A stretch of DNA of 64,000 bases from Dimorphilus gyrociliatus (Eukaryota; Animalia; Annelida): assembly GCA_904063045.1 (NCBI GenBank), contig CAJFCJ010000026.1, positions 350,964 through 414,963 of the forward strand, in the 5' to 3' direction. The notes under the pieces were generated by a model that worked only from the letters and a program-made list of their open reading frames with translations, did no database searches and had not been told where the DNA came from. Position numbers and translations under genes: made by a program. How positions within the stretch are numbered: position 1 is the stretch's first letter; each line of letters begins with the position of its first letter. Of this stretch, positions 1 through 12,148 are shown piece by piece.

Positions 1-98
1 CTAAATTTACATAAAAAGAGTTATATTTACGTAATACTGAAAAATATTAGAGAAAATCATCATATTTATGAATATTATTACAAAAATAATAATATTAT

Positions 99-630
99 GG
101 AGTAATGGTTTGGGGACTAATAACCTCAGATGGGGTGTTTGAGGTTTGGAGGGTAAGCAAAAAAATTAAATGCTCAAACATATTCTTGTTTTGTTGTTGA
201 AGATGTTTTCCCTGTAATTGACGAAATCTCAGATAAAATGGGGAGAAATTACATCTTCCAACAAGACAATGCTGGCTGCCACACAGCAAGAGTTACCAAA
301 TCTGTATGTTTGGATGGGAGCTAGAGTAAGTGCATCGAAAAAGAGGGTCGTCAAATTCAAAGTTAATAAAAGTATTGGTCCCCAAACCCTTGTCTCACGG
401 CCGAATAAGAAAAAAACACATAAAAAAGCATACAATATAAAAACAAAAAAAATGATGTAAAAAGTTATCTAAATACTATTTGATAGAAATTTATATGTAG
501 AACCGAGTTTCACCTAATAATTAATAGCTACAATATTAAAAAAACAATCTTTTTTGATAAAGAAAAAGATTTTTAATGTTCGGCCTATCAAAATTTACTA
601 TGTCCGGATTTTTTAGTCCCTTACTTTATA
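99..630 (+). pseudogene. Tc1/mariner transposase remnant with probable 3' TIR
   Basis: Frameshifted translation GVMVWGLITSDG...MGRNYIFQQDNAGCHTARVTKS (Tc1 VMVWG and QQDNAxxH motifs); tgtccggattttttagtccc at ~601 resembles the terminus of the Tc1 copy at ~29810. Confidence 0.8.
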
Positions 631-689
631 CACTAGTTAATTTATTGTTGTTAAGCGAAAAGTATTAGCATACATTTTACAATGTGTGT

Positions 690-1030
690 TTTTAGTGGGT
701 CGGACAGGTACCATACTAGAAGACATTTTACAAAAAAAAATGTTTCGTTTCCGGAAAATGAGAGAGAAACCACACTAGGAAACAAAAAAGGAGTTTTGTT
801 TGAAAGAAAAAGAATAGGGACAGAAATTGCACTAAATTCCTTTTAAATATTGTTCTTAAACAAAATATACTAACATACACCTTTAAATATGTTTTTAGGG
901 GAGACAGGAACCAGATTATATATACTTTTTAGAAGTGTTGCTGTTAGGGCAAAAGTACCAGCACACGTTTTAAGATATGTTTTTTGTTTCGCGAAGTGGA
1001 GATGGGAACCATATTAGAATGTAAGTTCAA
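690..1030 (+). repeat. Degenerate minisatellite, core GGAACCACACTAGAA, ~50-70 bp spacing
   Basis: Units such as ggtaccatactagaa, gaaaccacactagga, ggaaccagattat, ggaaccatattagaa. Confidence 0.7.
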
Positions 1031-1499
1031 AAGGATTATGGATTGAACAAAACCAGTGTTTGCCTACATCTTACGAATGTGACGACTCCTAACGGCCCAC
1101 AAAATGTAATCATTATTTTATAATATACAAAAAAAGTCAACGTTTATAGTGTGACAAAAAATTTTCGCGGTAAAACCAGGTCATTTCTATAAATTGAACA
1201 TACAAGATTTTAAAATGAATTGCAATAATTTATTTATAAAAAATTTGAATAATTGATTCTTATATTTGAATAATTTGCTCATAAATCTCTTTTATATTGT
1301 CAGAAATTTGATTTGGATGATACAACTTTTCGAGACAATAATTGATTTTAAGTAGGATTTCTGGAAGGTTGGAGCAATGAATGAACAAGCACATTTTCAC
1401 TTACGTACCTTTGACCAAAATAGAGTTTCACCCAATCCCAAATGTTTATACCAGTTTACAAAAAAATTCATTCTGTGAATACATTGACCTGTCAAAATG

Positions 1500-1707
1500 G
1501 GGGCCGACATAAAACGTCCCCAAATGAGATTTTTCAGAGCAACATTTCGGATTGAAAAATGGGTGGCAGGAGTAAAGTAGCTTTTGATTCATAGTTAGGG
1601 GGGTTCCACCTAAGGGTTAGGAGTAATCAAAAAGGTTAAGGAGAGACAAGGACTAGGTTAGGGTTAGGGTTAAAAGCGTGCATTCGGGGACGTTTTCTGT
1701 AGTATCC
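1500..1707. mobile_element. Telomere-repeat-bearing Mutator-type MITE (subfamily 1)
   Basis: TIRs ggggccgacataaaacgtcccc / ggggacgttttctgtagtatcc; internal ggttagggttagggtt; 208 bp; near-identical copy at 22584-22791. Confidence 0.9.
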
Positions 1708-2330
1708 GTTGGCATCCGTCGGATGGCTTTCTGGTACAATTTTGTGGAAAATGACGAATTTTGAAGGAATTTAAACAAAGATTTAATTGAAAAAATTTAC
1801 TGTCTTTTTAAAACTCTGAAGAGTCTGACATCCGGTGTTGGCCTTCGCAGTCTACTGCTGGGGGCATCTCTCTTGGGATTCTAAAATTGAACTCATTCTT
1901 TTTCAGGTTCATACTCGTTAGTGCCAACTTTATCCTTAGTTCACTTCACCCACAATCCTTGCAAGGATTCGCTAAAACTGGCAAGCACAACAGCAAGCGT
2001 TGGTCTAACATGTTCTGCACCAAACTGCTCTGTGGGATCTCCTTTGATCTACCGAAATTCACGCAGCAATCATTAAATTTCCTCTCATCATTCCAATCTT
2101 TTCTCTCTTCTCTACGATAGAATTTTTCTTCTCATAGTTCAATCACTTGTTCTTTTGTACAAGATGATTTTTCTTTCAATAGCTTTATTAATCGTTCCTC
2201 CAAACGAGTTAACTCTTTTTGACCAGCTGATTATTCCTCTTCTACTCATTCATTTACGATAGGCAAGATTATCCTTTTAACCTTTGTGACTATCTCGTTT
2301 TCCAATTGATAACTATTATTAACAATCAAA
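1708..2330 (-). pseudogene. BEL/Pao gag fragment (zinc knuckles and coiled-coil)
   Basis: Minus-strand CEGQHRMSDSSEF..LNLCLNSFKIRH..NCTRKPSDGCQ aligns with gag CEGRHRMSECPEF..LNRCLNCLKIGH..NCTKKSCDGCH at 17043-18671. Confidence 0.85.
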
Positions 2331-2376
2331 AAGGGTTAGGTTAGGTTAGGGTTTGGGTACGTTTTCTGTCATATCC
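2331..2376. mobile_element. Right half of telomeric MITE
   Basis: gggttaggttaggttagggtttgggtacgttttctgtcatatcc, followed by gtcaaaata, which matches gtcaaaatg before 1500. Confidence 0.7.
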
Positions 2377-2764
2377 GTCAAAATAAATTCTTTGTCTTCC
2401 TGTGACACAAAATTTTACAGGCAGAAATATTTCCTTACTCTTGCTTGTTAATTGTATTTGGCAAATTAAATGAACATTCTCTTTTATCATAGAACTGAAA
2501 AACAGTCTAAAAAATTTTTTAGAAAAGGTTTTATTCTTACACCGAAAATGTATAGGAGAGCTGGTTAAAAATCTACTTAAAATAAATATGTACATCTTCC
2601 AGATAACCTTGCAATTTTGTTAACTTTCGCCTTTAATACATTCTCCTCCATTTTTCAAAAGTGTCCACATTCGTCATTTATAACCACTTCTCAATTTTGC
2701 CATATTTGTTGACCTTTACCTTCAATACATAACTCAGGGTTAACCACAGTAGAATACATTTTAC

Positions 2765-2972
2765 GGATGCGACAGAAAACGTCCACAAATCAGTGCTTTT
2801 ACCCTAACCCTAACACAGCCCTAAGCTGTACCTAACCTTTTCCAATACCCCTAACCCTTAGAGGAGACCCTCCTAAGTACAAATCAGTTGCTGTTTTCTT
2901 CTGCCTTAACCATTTCTCAAACCAAATTTTTGTCTTGAAATTTTTCATTTGTGGACGTTTTCTATCGACCCC
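2765..2972. mobile_element. Telomeric MITE (subfamily 2) with perfect 9-bp TSD
   Basis: TIRs ggatgcgacagaaaacgtccac / gtggacgttttctatcgacccc; TSD acattttac at 2756-2764 and 2973-2981; internal accctaaccctaac. Confidence 0.95.
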
Positions 2973-3064
2973 ACATTTTACATGTGCTATGTCAAGGGAA
3001 AGGTTTTACCACACTTTTAAAATTAAAAATCTGCCATTCTTGTCAACATTCATATTCTTAAAAC

Positions 3065-3600
3065 ATTATCACATATATTCATAATATTAACTGACTCAGA
3101 TAAATATTCATAATATGCAGTGATTCTCATGAATATTCATAATCTTAAATCACCCTCATGAATATTTATAATGTTATCACATTCTCATGAATATTCAAAA
3201 TATTTACAGATTCCTATTAATGTAATCAATATGAAGTGTATTTCAGATTTCTAAAGAAGTTGTCCATATAAAAAATTAACGCTAGAGAATTATAAAAAAA
3301 TTATATTTTTAGGCCATTCCTTAAATGCTGAAAATATTGACTGTTTTTAAATAACATTATATATAAGCTTCTTCTCATCAATATTCATAACTCTAGCCGA
3401 TTGTCATTTCCAAAATGATCTTAACTGCCAGTTATCAAAATCAAAAAAAAAACTCTGTTCGCATCAAAAAAACAAAAAAATGTGAGAATTCTCAATAAGA
3501 GTAACAATTTTAGACAATTCTTGTGCTTATTCACAGATTCAATCGATTTTCATCAATATTCTTATGTTTAACCTGTTGCCCATCAATATTCTTTAGTGTC
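3065..3600. repeat. Minisatellite with palindromic core ATGAATATTCAT
   Basis: Repeated ctcatgaatattcataa / catcaatattcata units about 30 bp apart. Confidence 0.7.
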
Positions 3601-3639
3601 TGGTTAACCCTAACCCTAACCCTAACTTTAAGTTTTTAT

Positions 3640-4180
3640 ATGTTCCACTTAGAACGAATATTGAGGTTCATTATGACATAGGTAACTCAAAGATTGATTA
3701 TATATACAGAGGAGCCTCTCCATACTCAAACTGAAAAGATCAGCTACTAGTATACCTGCTTCAAAATGCAATAGTGCACATTGTAAATTGCGCCCAACCT
3801 TGTGAAAGGGGGATCTTGGAGCTCCAAAGATGGTCATATCACCAAGAACATTGAGGAACCCCTCTGCTGAAAAACCGATCATGTCTTTTCATTGATGAAT
3901 GTACAAAATGCAACTGGGACCTGTCTAGCTTCACATCTTCACCCTTGTCAAGGATGTTCGGTTTCGTTGCCAAGAAAGCTAGCAGTAACAGAGAGAATGT
4001 TTAGGCTCTGACGGAACATATCAGAAAATGCGGAATCAACACAATAACCGTACTTCCTGTTATGGTTAAACCCCAAATGACCAAAATGGAAGTCAAGAAA
4101 GTGACTACTGTGATCCAATTTTTATATAATTGAGATTGGTTGTGTGTCACAAAGTTTATCTCATCCAATCCTCAGCTAGT
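3640..4180 (+). pseudogene. Unidentified decayed coding-like segment
   Basis: Higher GC than its flanks; one + frame reads protein-like with scattered stops; no motif recognised; bounded by (TAACCC)3 at 3605 and a MITE at 4187. Confidence 0.25.
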
Positions 4181-4186
4181 GTTTTT

Positions 4187-4393
4187 GGATGCTACAGAAA
4201 ACGTCCCCAAGTGCATGGTTTAACCCTAACCCTAACCTACCCCTTGTCTCTCTCTAACCTGTTTGATTACCCCTAACCCTTAGATGGAACCCCCCCTGAC
4301 TACAAATCAAAATCTACTTTACTTCTTTAGCCATTTTTCAATCTGAAATCTTGCTTTCAAAAATCTCACTTGGGGACGTTTTCTGTGGGCCCA
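4187..4393. mobile_element. Telomeric MITE (subfamily 1) with perfect 9-bp TSD
   Basis: TIRs ggatgctacagaaaacgtcccc / ggggacgttttctgtgggccca; TSD agtgttttt at 4178-4186 and 4394-4402. Confidence 0.95.
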
Positions 4394-4539
4394 AGTGTTT
4401 TTATGCTAAATAGTTTTTGTATGGTGATGTGTATGTAAACTTGTGTTTTGTGTTTTTGGATTCTTTGCCCTCACAACACCAGCATTTTGGCGGGTATAAA
4501 CCACTTTATTAACTAATTTTTTAGATCACTCTATAAAAA

Positions 4540-6480
4540 ACCACACTATAAAAAAATTTAAACTGTGTTAATTTTGTGATTGGAAATTTGATTTCAGTAT
4601 TGTGTTTTGTTTAGGGGAGGGGAGAGGGAAACCACACTAGAACACAATTTTAAAAGAATTTTTTAAAAGGTGAAGCAAAAAAGAATGTATTTTTTTAGTC
4701 TTGTTTTAGCAAGTTTTATTTTAGAACGCTTTTTGTTTGAGACGGGAACCACGTTAAAATATATTTTTAGGAAAATTTTTTCAAGATAAAGCATACATTG
4801 TAAAATGTCTTTTTTTGGATTTGGACGGGAACCACACTAAAAAGCAGTTTTATTCTTCATATAGGAACAGAAACCACATTAGAATACATTTTATTGAAAA
4901 ATATTATCATACGTCTAAAAATGTGTTGATGTTAAAAAGTTTTGTTTCTTTGAGAAAAGTTTAAAAAACTAGGTTATAGAAATTAAGGAAGGAAACTTTT
5001 AAATAAAGTAGGAAAAAGACTTTAATTTAATAGTCACCGTGAACATATATCTTAGCAATATGATGCGACGGTGAAGACAATTCAGTTACTAACATCGTAT
5101 ACGTAGGGAGCCACGTATGACGTTACGTTTTATAAAGGAGATCGTGGCCCTCTGTTGGCTGTTATAAACGTTACTTAGCGTAACTTGTTTAACAGGAACC
5201 GCTCTGAAAATTTATTATTTATTTTGAAAGAAACCATACTAATTACTAAAACTATTTGCCGTTGATTGTTACACGTAAAAAAAATATTAAAATGTATTTT
5301 AGCGTGGTTCCCCTCTAAGAGACAAATGAAAAGTCTGGGTTAGCACATTTGGAAAAATATTGGTGTGTTTCGTATTCGAAACAAAAATGTATCTTGTTCT
5401 GGTATGATTTTTACTTCAAATAATATCATTTGTTTTGTCTGAAAAAAAAGTAACCATACTGCGTTTGCATTTAAAATATTCCCTTTTTCAATCATTAGTA
5501 TGGTTGCTATCCCTCATCTTTTTGAAAGAATACAATTAATTGTGGATTACCCATTTAAAATTCAATTATGAATTTAATTTTTGTTTTTCTAAGCGGACCA
5601 GAAGATATATTATTTTTCATGGAACCATATTTCAAAATGTACTTTTCTCGAAAACTATAAAAAACATACTTGTCGGTAAGAAAACCACACTAATAAGTAT
5701 TTTTAAATGTAGTTAATTTTTTTAAAAAAATGGTATGAATGGAATTCCTTTCTCGAAACATACTAAAAAATTGAAAATTTGTCATAATATGGGTGCCTGT
5801 TTGAGAATAGAATACTATTGAAAATATATTCTATTGAAGGTCTGTAGTGTTAAAACTGTACCAAAACAATACAACATCTATCATATATTTCACTTTGTAG
5901 AGGGGACCAGACTAGAATATTTGTGCTTTTGTTTCGGAAAGGGAAACCACACATTAAAAGAAATTCTAAGACACTTGAGGGGAAACATTTTTTTAAGAAA
6001 ACTTTTAAAAATTATTTATATTTGGATGGGAACCTCACTAAACTACGAATAAGTTGGACTAACTAAAACACACTTAAAACTTAAAATCAACAATTTCCAA
6101 TGCTCTGAACTAGTACTGAAAGGAACCACACTAAAAAATTGCTGTCTACTTTTACTATTGTTTTAAGAATCAGTCTAATTATCAAGTGAGAAGATTGTGT
6201 TTCAAACAATAGAAAAAGTTAAAATTGTGTTTATACATAATATATTGCATTATCAACAGGATCGAAACCATACTACATAAATATTTAAATGGCTTCTTTT
6301 TTTAGTACTTTTTAATGTGTTCTTTTAACTTTAGCATGGTTACAGTTCCTTACATTTTTGAAACAAGGCTTTTAAAAGAAAACCTATTTTTAATGCCAAA
6401 ATATATTTACGGACATTTTATAATGTATTTTTTTGGATCGGGACAGAAACCACATTAATATATATTTTCAAAGCAATTTG
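4540..6480 (+). repeat. GGAACCACACTA minisatellite array (contains solo LTR)
   Basis: Many aaccacact / aaccatact units. Confidence 0.75.
4997..5194 (-). mobile_element. BEL/Pao solo LTR
   Basis: Highly similar to LTR 19268-19475; starts TGTTAAAC on the minus strand; flanks ggaaac / ggaacc (imperfect TSD). Confidence 0.85.
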
Positions 6481-6865
6481 CTGTCTCATTTCAAATCATT
6501 GTTCATTTTGGCTATTTGATTTGGTTACATTATAAAGTTACGTTATTTTCTTTTGTCAATAAGCATCTCTATTCGTTTTTTGTCTTATCAATAAAATTAT
6601 AAGGGATCAACAGAAGTCGCCCCTGAATAGTTATTTAACTATATAGTATACTTAGACAAAGCTTAATAAAGAATATACTTTTTTTTTCTTGAAGCAAACA
6701 GTTTAGAATTGAAAGAGTATAGTAACAAAAGTAAATATTTAATATAGGTGAAAAGTGGTTCAGACAGAAAATGTTCATAACAGAAAATGTCCAAAATATA
6801 ACAGTGAAAATAAGGTGAAAAAATAAAAAAAAACCGTTTCTTTCCCCTATGAAATTTGATAAAGG

Positions 6866-7160
6866 TCAAAACAGCAAACTGAACTGGAATGAAGAAGCTG
6901 AAGAAGCCTTTGATACCCTCAAGAGAGCTATGATAACACCTCCAATCCTACAAACATTTCTACCTAACCACTGATGCATCTGATTTTGCAGTTGGAGCTA
7001 TCTTAGAGCAAGAAACTGTTGGAGCTGATGGAAAGAAAACCAAGAGACCAGTTTCATTTGCATCAAAACTACTTATCAATTCACAGCTCAAGTATACTGC
7101 ATATCAGAAAGAAGCTTTTATTGTTTATTGAGCAACACAGAAGTTTTCAGATTACCTGAA
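6866..7160 (+). pseudogene. Ty3/gypsy RT-connection/RNase H fragment
   Basis: WNEEAEEAFDTLKRAM..PPIL / LTTDASDFAVGAILEQ / RPVSFASK..SQLKY..YQKE motifs. Confidence 0.9.
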
Positions 7161-7164
7161 AAAA

Positions 7165-7409
7165 AATTACCTGTCAAGGATTCATTTCTCCAAATGTTCT
7201 CCATCCATGGATTCTTAAAGATAAAAGGAGAGTTGAAGCAGGTGCCATTGCTTTTTCATTTTTAACTTTAAAAAAGAAAAAGCTTCTAAACTACTATTCA
7301 AGGAACTCATTTATACAATATTTACTTTTTTATTCTAAAATCATTTCATCTTCTCTATTCTTATTTAATTGTTTTTTTTTATATTATGTGGACATTTTCT
7401 GTCGGCCCC
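7165..7409 (+). mobile_element. MULE transposase fragment with right TIR
   Basis: KDSFLQMFSIHGFLKIKGELKQVPL; ends gtggacattttctgtcggcccc. Confidence 0.7.
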
Positions 7410-7428
7410 TTGAAAAGTACATGATACA

Positions 7429-7490
7429 GGATGCCACAGAAAATGCTGCCAAATGCATGATTTAACCCTAACCCTAACCTAACCTTGTAT
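7429..7490. mobile_element. Half telomeric MITE
   Basis: ggatgccacagaaaatgc...tttaaccctaaccctaacctaacc. Confidence 0.7.
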
Positions 7491-7919
7491 GCACTGTAAT
7501 GTTTTCTCTAATAATTGATACACTTCTTTTCAGACAAAAGTTTTTCATAGATGACAACTAAATTTTCTTCTCTCTACAGTTCATAAAAAAATTCATTTTT
7601 TGAAATAGCTAGGGCGACTTCTATCGTATTCAAATTATAACAGTACATATCTTTACAGCAGTCACGTGGCACCCTTTTTTTCGTGATTGAGAAAAGATGA
7701 TCGGGTTGGTCAAGGGATCGTAATGACATAAACTCTACATAGAGTATATTGTATTTCTGATATGAAAATTTTGTTTAAAATATGAAGAAAGTCAGAGTTT
7801 AAATTATTTTCTTACATTGATTTCAAGAGAAAGTTTAACTATAAAAATTTTATCATAAGATAATCCTAACTTTCTTAATTTTGATAAACTTCAAATAATT
7901 ACACTTTCAGTGAAATCTT

Positions 7920-8165
7920 CTTTTACAAAATGGAGTACACCAGTTCTATTTGACAGACATAATGACAAAAGTCATCTGATTCAATATTGCTAATTAGAAA
8001 ATGACTAAGAACTACTTCCTCATTATCAATATCCATTGAAGATATTTCAAAATTTTCTTCAAACATATCCTTAGTTTTAGAATGTTCATTACACCTTCTT
8101 AAATATAAACCTGGTAAACATATCCAATGAAGTTTATGCGAACAAAGAAGCCATTTGACTTGCTT
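7920..8165 (-). pseudogene. MULE transposase N-terminal fragment (PHD-like remnant)
   Basis: LCSHKLHWICL...MDIDNEEVV resembles CSLCHHKVHWACL...MDVDHEEVV of the element at 47029-52303. Confidence 0.55.
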
Positions 8166-8372
8166 GGGGTCGACAGAAAACGTCCACAAATGAGAAATTT
8201 CAAGACTAGATTTTGGATTAAGAAATGGTTAGGAAGCAGAAGAGAGCAACTGATTTGTACTTAGGAAGATCTCCTCTAAGGGTTAGGGGTAATGCAAAAG
8301 GTTAGGTACTGCCAAGGGCTGGGTTAGGGTTAGGGTAAAAGCACTCATTTGTGGACGTTTTCTGTCGCATCC
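8166..8372. mobile_element. Telomeric MITE (subfamily 2)
   Basis: TIRs ggggtcgacagaaaacgtccacaaatga / tcatttgtggacgttttctgtcgcatcc; degenerate TSD gacttgctt / gccttgctg (7/9); G4 motif GGGCTGGGTTAGGGTTAGGG at 8316-8335. Confidence 0.92.
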
Positions 8373-8522
8373 GCCTTGCTGTTTTTTGCTAATTTTCTTA
8401 CAACACCCATAACAGAGACTGACATTTTCATCAGATTCTTTCCTATAGTGTCTTTTGGGTGAAAAAATTTTAAAGCTATTTAAAAATAAGCAACAATTGT
8501 ATTTGCAGATAATATGACGGTA

Positions 8523-8592
8523 ATTGAAAAAGGTTAGGCTAGATATGGGTTAGGGTAAAACCATAGATTTATGGCCGTTTTCTACCACATCC
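8523..8592. mobile_element. Half telomeric MITE (subfamily 3)
   Basis: aaggttagg..gggttagggtaaaa..tttatggccgttttctaccacatcc matches the right end of 22139-22345. Confidence 0.75.
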
Positions 8593-8599
8593 AAAACAT

Positions 8600-10470
8600 A
8601 CTAGTATACATTTTTTAGAATGTTTTGTTTGAAAAGAAAAGAATAGATATTTTTTTTAAATATGATATGTTCGGGAAAAGGGAACCACTTCAAGGTTTTC
8701 GACCCTCACCTTCAATACTCCTCTCTCAATTTTTAAAATTTGTTAACTTTCACCTTTAACGTCTCTTTTTTTTATCAGTTTTTGATTTTTTTTTTGACTC
8801 TTCGCCTTCAATACCGCTTCTCATTTTATGTTTTAACGGAAAAGGGTACTAGAATATATTTTAAAAGTTTTATTATGGAGAGACTGGAACCACGCTAAAA
8901 TATTTTTTAACTGATAAGAAAGAAAATGCTAACATACAATTTAACCTTTAACAAGTATATTTGGCAAGGGACAGGAGCCACACTGAAATACATTTTAAAA
9001 GTGATACCACTAAGCAAAAATCCTAGTATATATTATATTTTACTGTATTTGTACACAACATTATTTAAGAATAGTTTTAAAATTTGTTTTTTGAGAAGAA
9101 CAGGAACCTCACTAAAATACTTTTTAAATGTTTATGATTTCTCGACCTTCACCTTCAATACCTCCTGTATTTTTAACATATATCCACCTTCATAACTGCC
9201 ACCATTTTTATAATCTCTCAAGTTTCACCTCGTGTATCCTCTCTCCAATTTTATAATTTATCAGAGACACCGTCACCTTCAAATGAAAAATACTAGCAAA
9301 AATTTAAAAATGTGTTTTTGAGGGGATAGGAACCACATTAAAATACATTTTAAATATGTTTTTAGTAGGTAAAAACATTTTTTAAAAATAGTTTTTTAGA
9401 GGGAAAGAATAATATATGTCTAGATCTAGGTAGAATATTTTGCCTATTGACATGAAAAGGAAGTGGAGACAGATTTTCTGATAGCAGCTTTTGGAGAATT
9501 AATGCAATGTTTCTCATCAAACAGTTGCTGAGAGAATGTTTGTAACTGTTTTAAAGAGGTTTCTTTTAATTCTAGAACTCTAAAATTTTTATGCCATTGC
9601 TAATGTGCGAAGTGCCCACTTCCAATGAAATCATTGCTTCATATCTGCAGGCCATCATTACATGAAGGGTCTTGTTTCATGGTGTCTATCCTCTCAAAAA
9701 ATCGTTATGAGATCAGGAAGACTTGTGTAGCTGGACAATCTAAATTTTATTTTATTTTGTTCAGGTAAGAGACCACTCTAGAAGACATTTTTCAATGTGT
9801 TGCTTCAGATTGTTATAATACAAATTTTTTTTAAGGAACCGTAACCATATTTCATAAAATATTTTGTTTGAATGAAACACTCTTGAGCACATTTTAAAAT
9901 TTATTGCTTTTGAAATTATTTCAACACAGAGAGTGAAAGAAATTTGCTTGACTTTTCCAAAAAATTTTCGTATGAAAAATTTCTTTCACCAATGTATTAA
10001 CAATTTATTGTATTTTTCGGGGGGGAGGACGGAAACCACACTAAAATATATTTACTGTTTTTTAAAATGAGTTATTTGGAGGAGGAACAAGGACCACACT
10101 GGAATACACTCTAAAAAGAAATTTTCTGTTTCGACAGGAACCATGTTAAAAAAATTTTGGTAACTGTTTTGGAAAAATCGTCGTATGCAATTTTAAAATG
10201 ATTTTTGTGTTTGAAATCGGAATCACTATTATATATTTTAAATCAGTAAATGTTCAGAAAAAAGCATTAACTTACATTTTGAGTGATAAAGGTGAAGGTC
10301 GAAAATTTTCACAAGTGACAGTACTTTCAATATCTTTAGGTAAACTTGTTTTTGAAGTAACTGAAACGGAACGGGAACAATATTAGAATACATTTTATAG
10401 TCTTTTGTTTTAAAAAAAAAAACTTTTTTTCAGAGAGATGTTGGAACCATACTAAAATACTTTTTAAATG
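8600..10470 (+). repeat. GGAACCACACTA minisatellite array with GACCTTCACCTTCAA motifs
   Basis: Units at ~8682, 8886, 8974, 9103, 9329, 10033, 10090, 10136, 10443. Confidence 0.75.
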
Positions 10471-10572
10471 TTTTGTGGTCAAAGTAAAAAATACTAGCAG
10501 ATTATTTTCTATATTCTATTAATGGCGACCGGTTGAAAAAGACAGCGAATAATTATTATACATGTATTTTAA

Positions 10573-10682
10573 GGATGCTGGACAAAATATCCCTTATTTT
10601 GAATTTTTATCCTAACCCTAACCCTAACCCTAACCCTAACTACACTAAATTTTACTCTCAAGTGACGTTTTGTCTCGACCAC
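10573..10682. mobile_element. Possible ~110-bp mini-MITE with (TAACCC)4
   Basis: ggatgctggacaaaatatccc ... gacgttttgtctcgaccac resemble the family TIRs; no clean TSD. Confidence 0.45.
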
Positions 10683-11309
10683 ATTGTATTTATCATAAAT
10701 ACAATTTCAAAATTTGTTTAACTCGTTATTTCAAGTACACTTGGTAATATTAAAATGTCTATAAAGTTTGACTCCTTTGTACAATTCTTAAAAGTAAATC
10801 ACCTAATGGAGAAGTTAGGATCAACTGCAAACAACCCCCACTAGAACACGCCTTCAAATCCTTCAACATTGGACACTAGTTTGGTAACTTGGCAATTACC
10901 ATTTGTACCAGTTTTTATAGTTAAAATCCCTTTTTTCATTGAATCTTTTTGAGACTTCTAACATCATTGACCTAAGCCAACATTGATTATCTATATCAGG
11001 GCAAAATAAGGCACTAATGAATATCAACTAAATACTACTCATCTGAAAATTTATATTACATAAAAAGAAATTATAGAACTCTTTACTTAGTTTCATTTCT
11101 AGTCAGTGATATTGTCATAGATGAGTAATTCTTTCTTTCTTTGTCTTTCTTTCTCCTTATATAGGTATAACATTGGGATTGTTAAATACTGTGCACACCT
11201 TCAGTAAACAATACAAATTCAATGTAAAAATAAAAAAGTTATATTAAGAAAATATTTGGTATCAAATATACATCAGATACGGTTCAAAAAGTACGGGATA
11301 CTATAGGTG

Positions 11310-11680
11310 ATAAAACTGCAATTTGTCTGGAAATGAGGGCTTCAAAACATTCAATAGAATTTCCTTGTTGGCATATATTGCGTCTATTGTGCATAAAGGA
11401 TTTTTCTAGAGACAATTGTCAATTTCCTTGTTTAGTTTGTAGACAAACATGTGAAATTCAAAATGAAAGCATTCGTTCTTATCAAAAGAAAAGGTTTAGG
11501 TTAGGGTTAGGGTTAGGGTAGAAAGAAAATAATAAAAAACATATGAGAGATAAATTAGGGTTAGATAATACAGAAGAATTTGATTTGATGTATAAATCTC
11601 ATTTGCATATTTACAAAGATTGTATACAAAATTAGAAAATGAAAAATGCAGATGATGCTTTAAAATCTATATGCAGAGCG
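11310..11680 (+). pseudogene. Decayed RING-finger (C3HC4-like) gene fragment interrupted by telomeric tracts
   Basis: TAICLEM...FPCWHILRLLCI...FPCLVCRQ; two ligand cysteines appear lost. Confidence 0.55.
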
Positions 11681-11935
11681 CTTAACCCTAACCCTAACCC
11701 TAACTCTAACCCTTTTTCAATCATTGAATCGTTTAAAATCAATTACTTTTTGTAATTTATAGGCTGAACAATGCGAATATATTTAATAATATTCTACAAA
11801 ACTCTTCAAAACATTCTCAATACTTAAATTAACAAGATAATCAATTTTCTTATCAAGTTGGAAAACCAATATTTCAAAATATAATTGAAAATTGTACGCA
11901 AATGAATCTCTGACACCATGAATTTCGATACGTCG

Positions 11936-12148
11936 TGTTGAATAAAGCAGGATAAGCTTTATTTTAATAGTCACCATTTATCGCAATGTTAACTTGGTGA
12001 AGACAATTCAGCTACTGGTCATCTGTTATGGAATTAAGAGCCACCTAGTGAGAGTGTTTAGGCCGTTTTAGAATACTGCAAAGCCCCCTGTTGGCTATCA
12101 GTACTATTGGACAACGTTTTCGTTATCCCTTTCATAAATTATTTAACA
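11936..12148 (-). mobile_element. BEL/Pao 3' LTR (213 bp, TG...CA)
   Basis: Preceded on the sense strand by PPT ggcggggag (12149-12157); similar to LTR 20408-20647. Confidence 0.9.

Noticed and set aside
1887-2120. 77-aa + strand ORF that looks like a secreted peptide and occurs twice (also 22971-23204)
   Set aside because: It is the antisense of a duplicated gag fragment.
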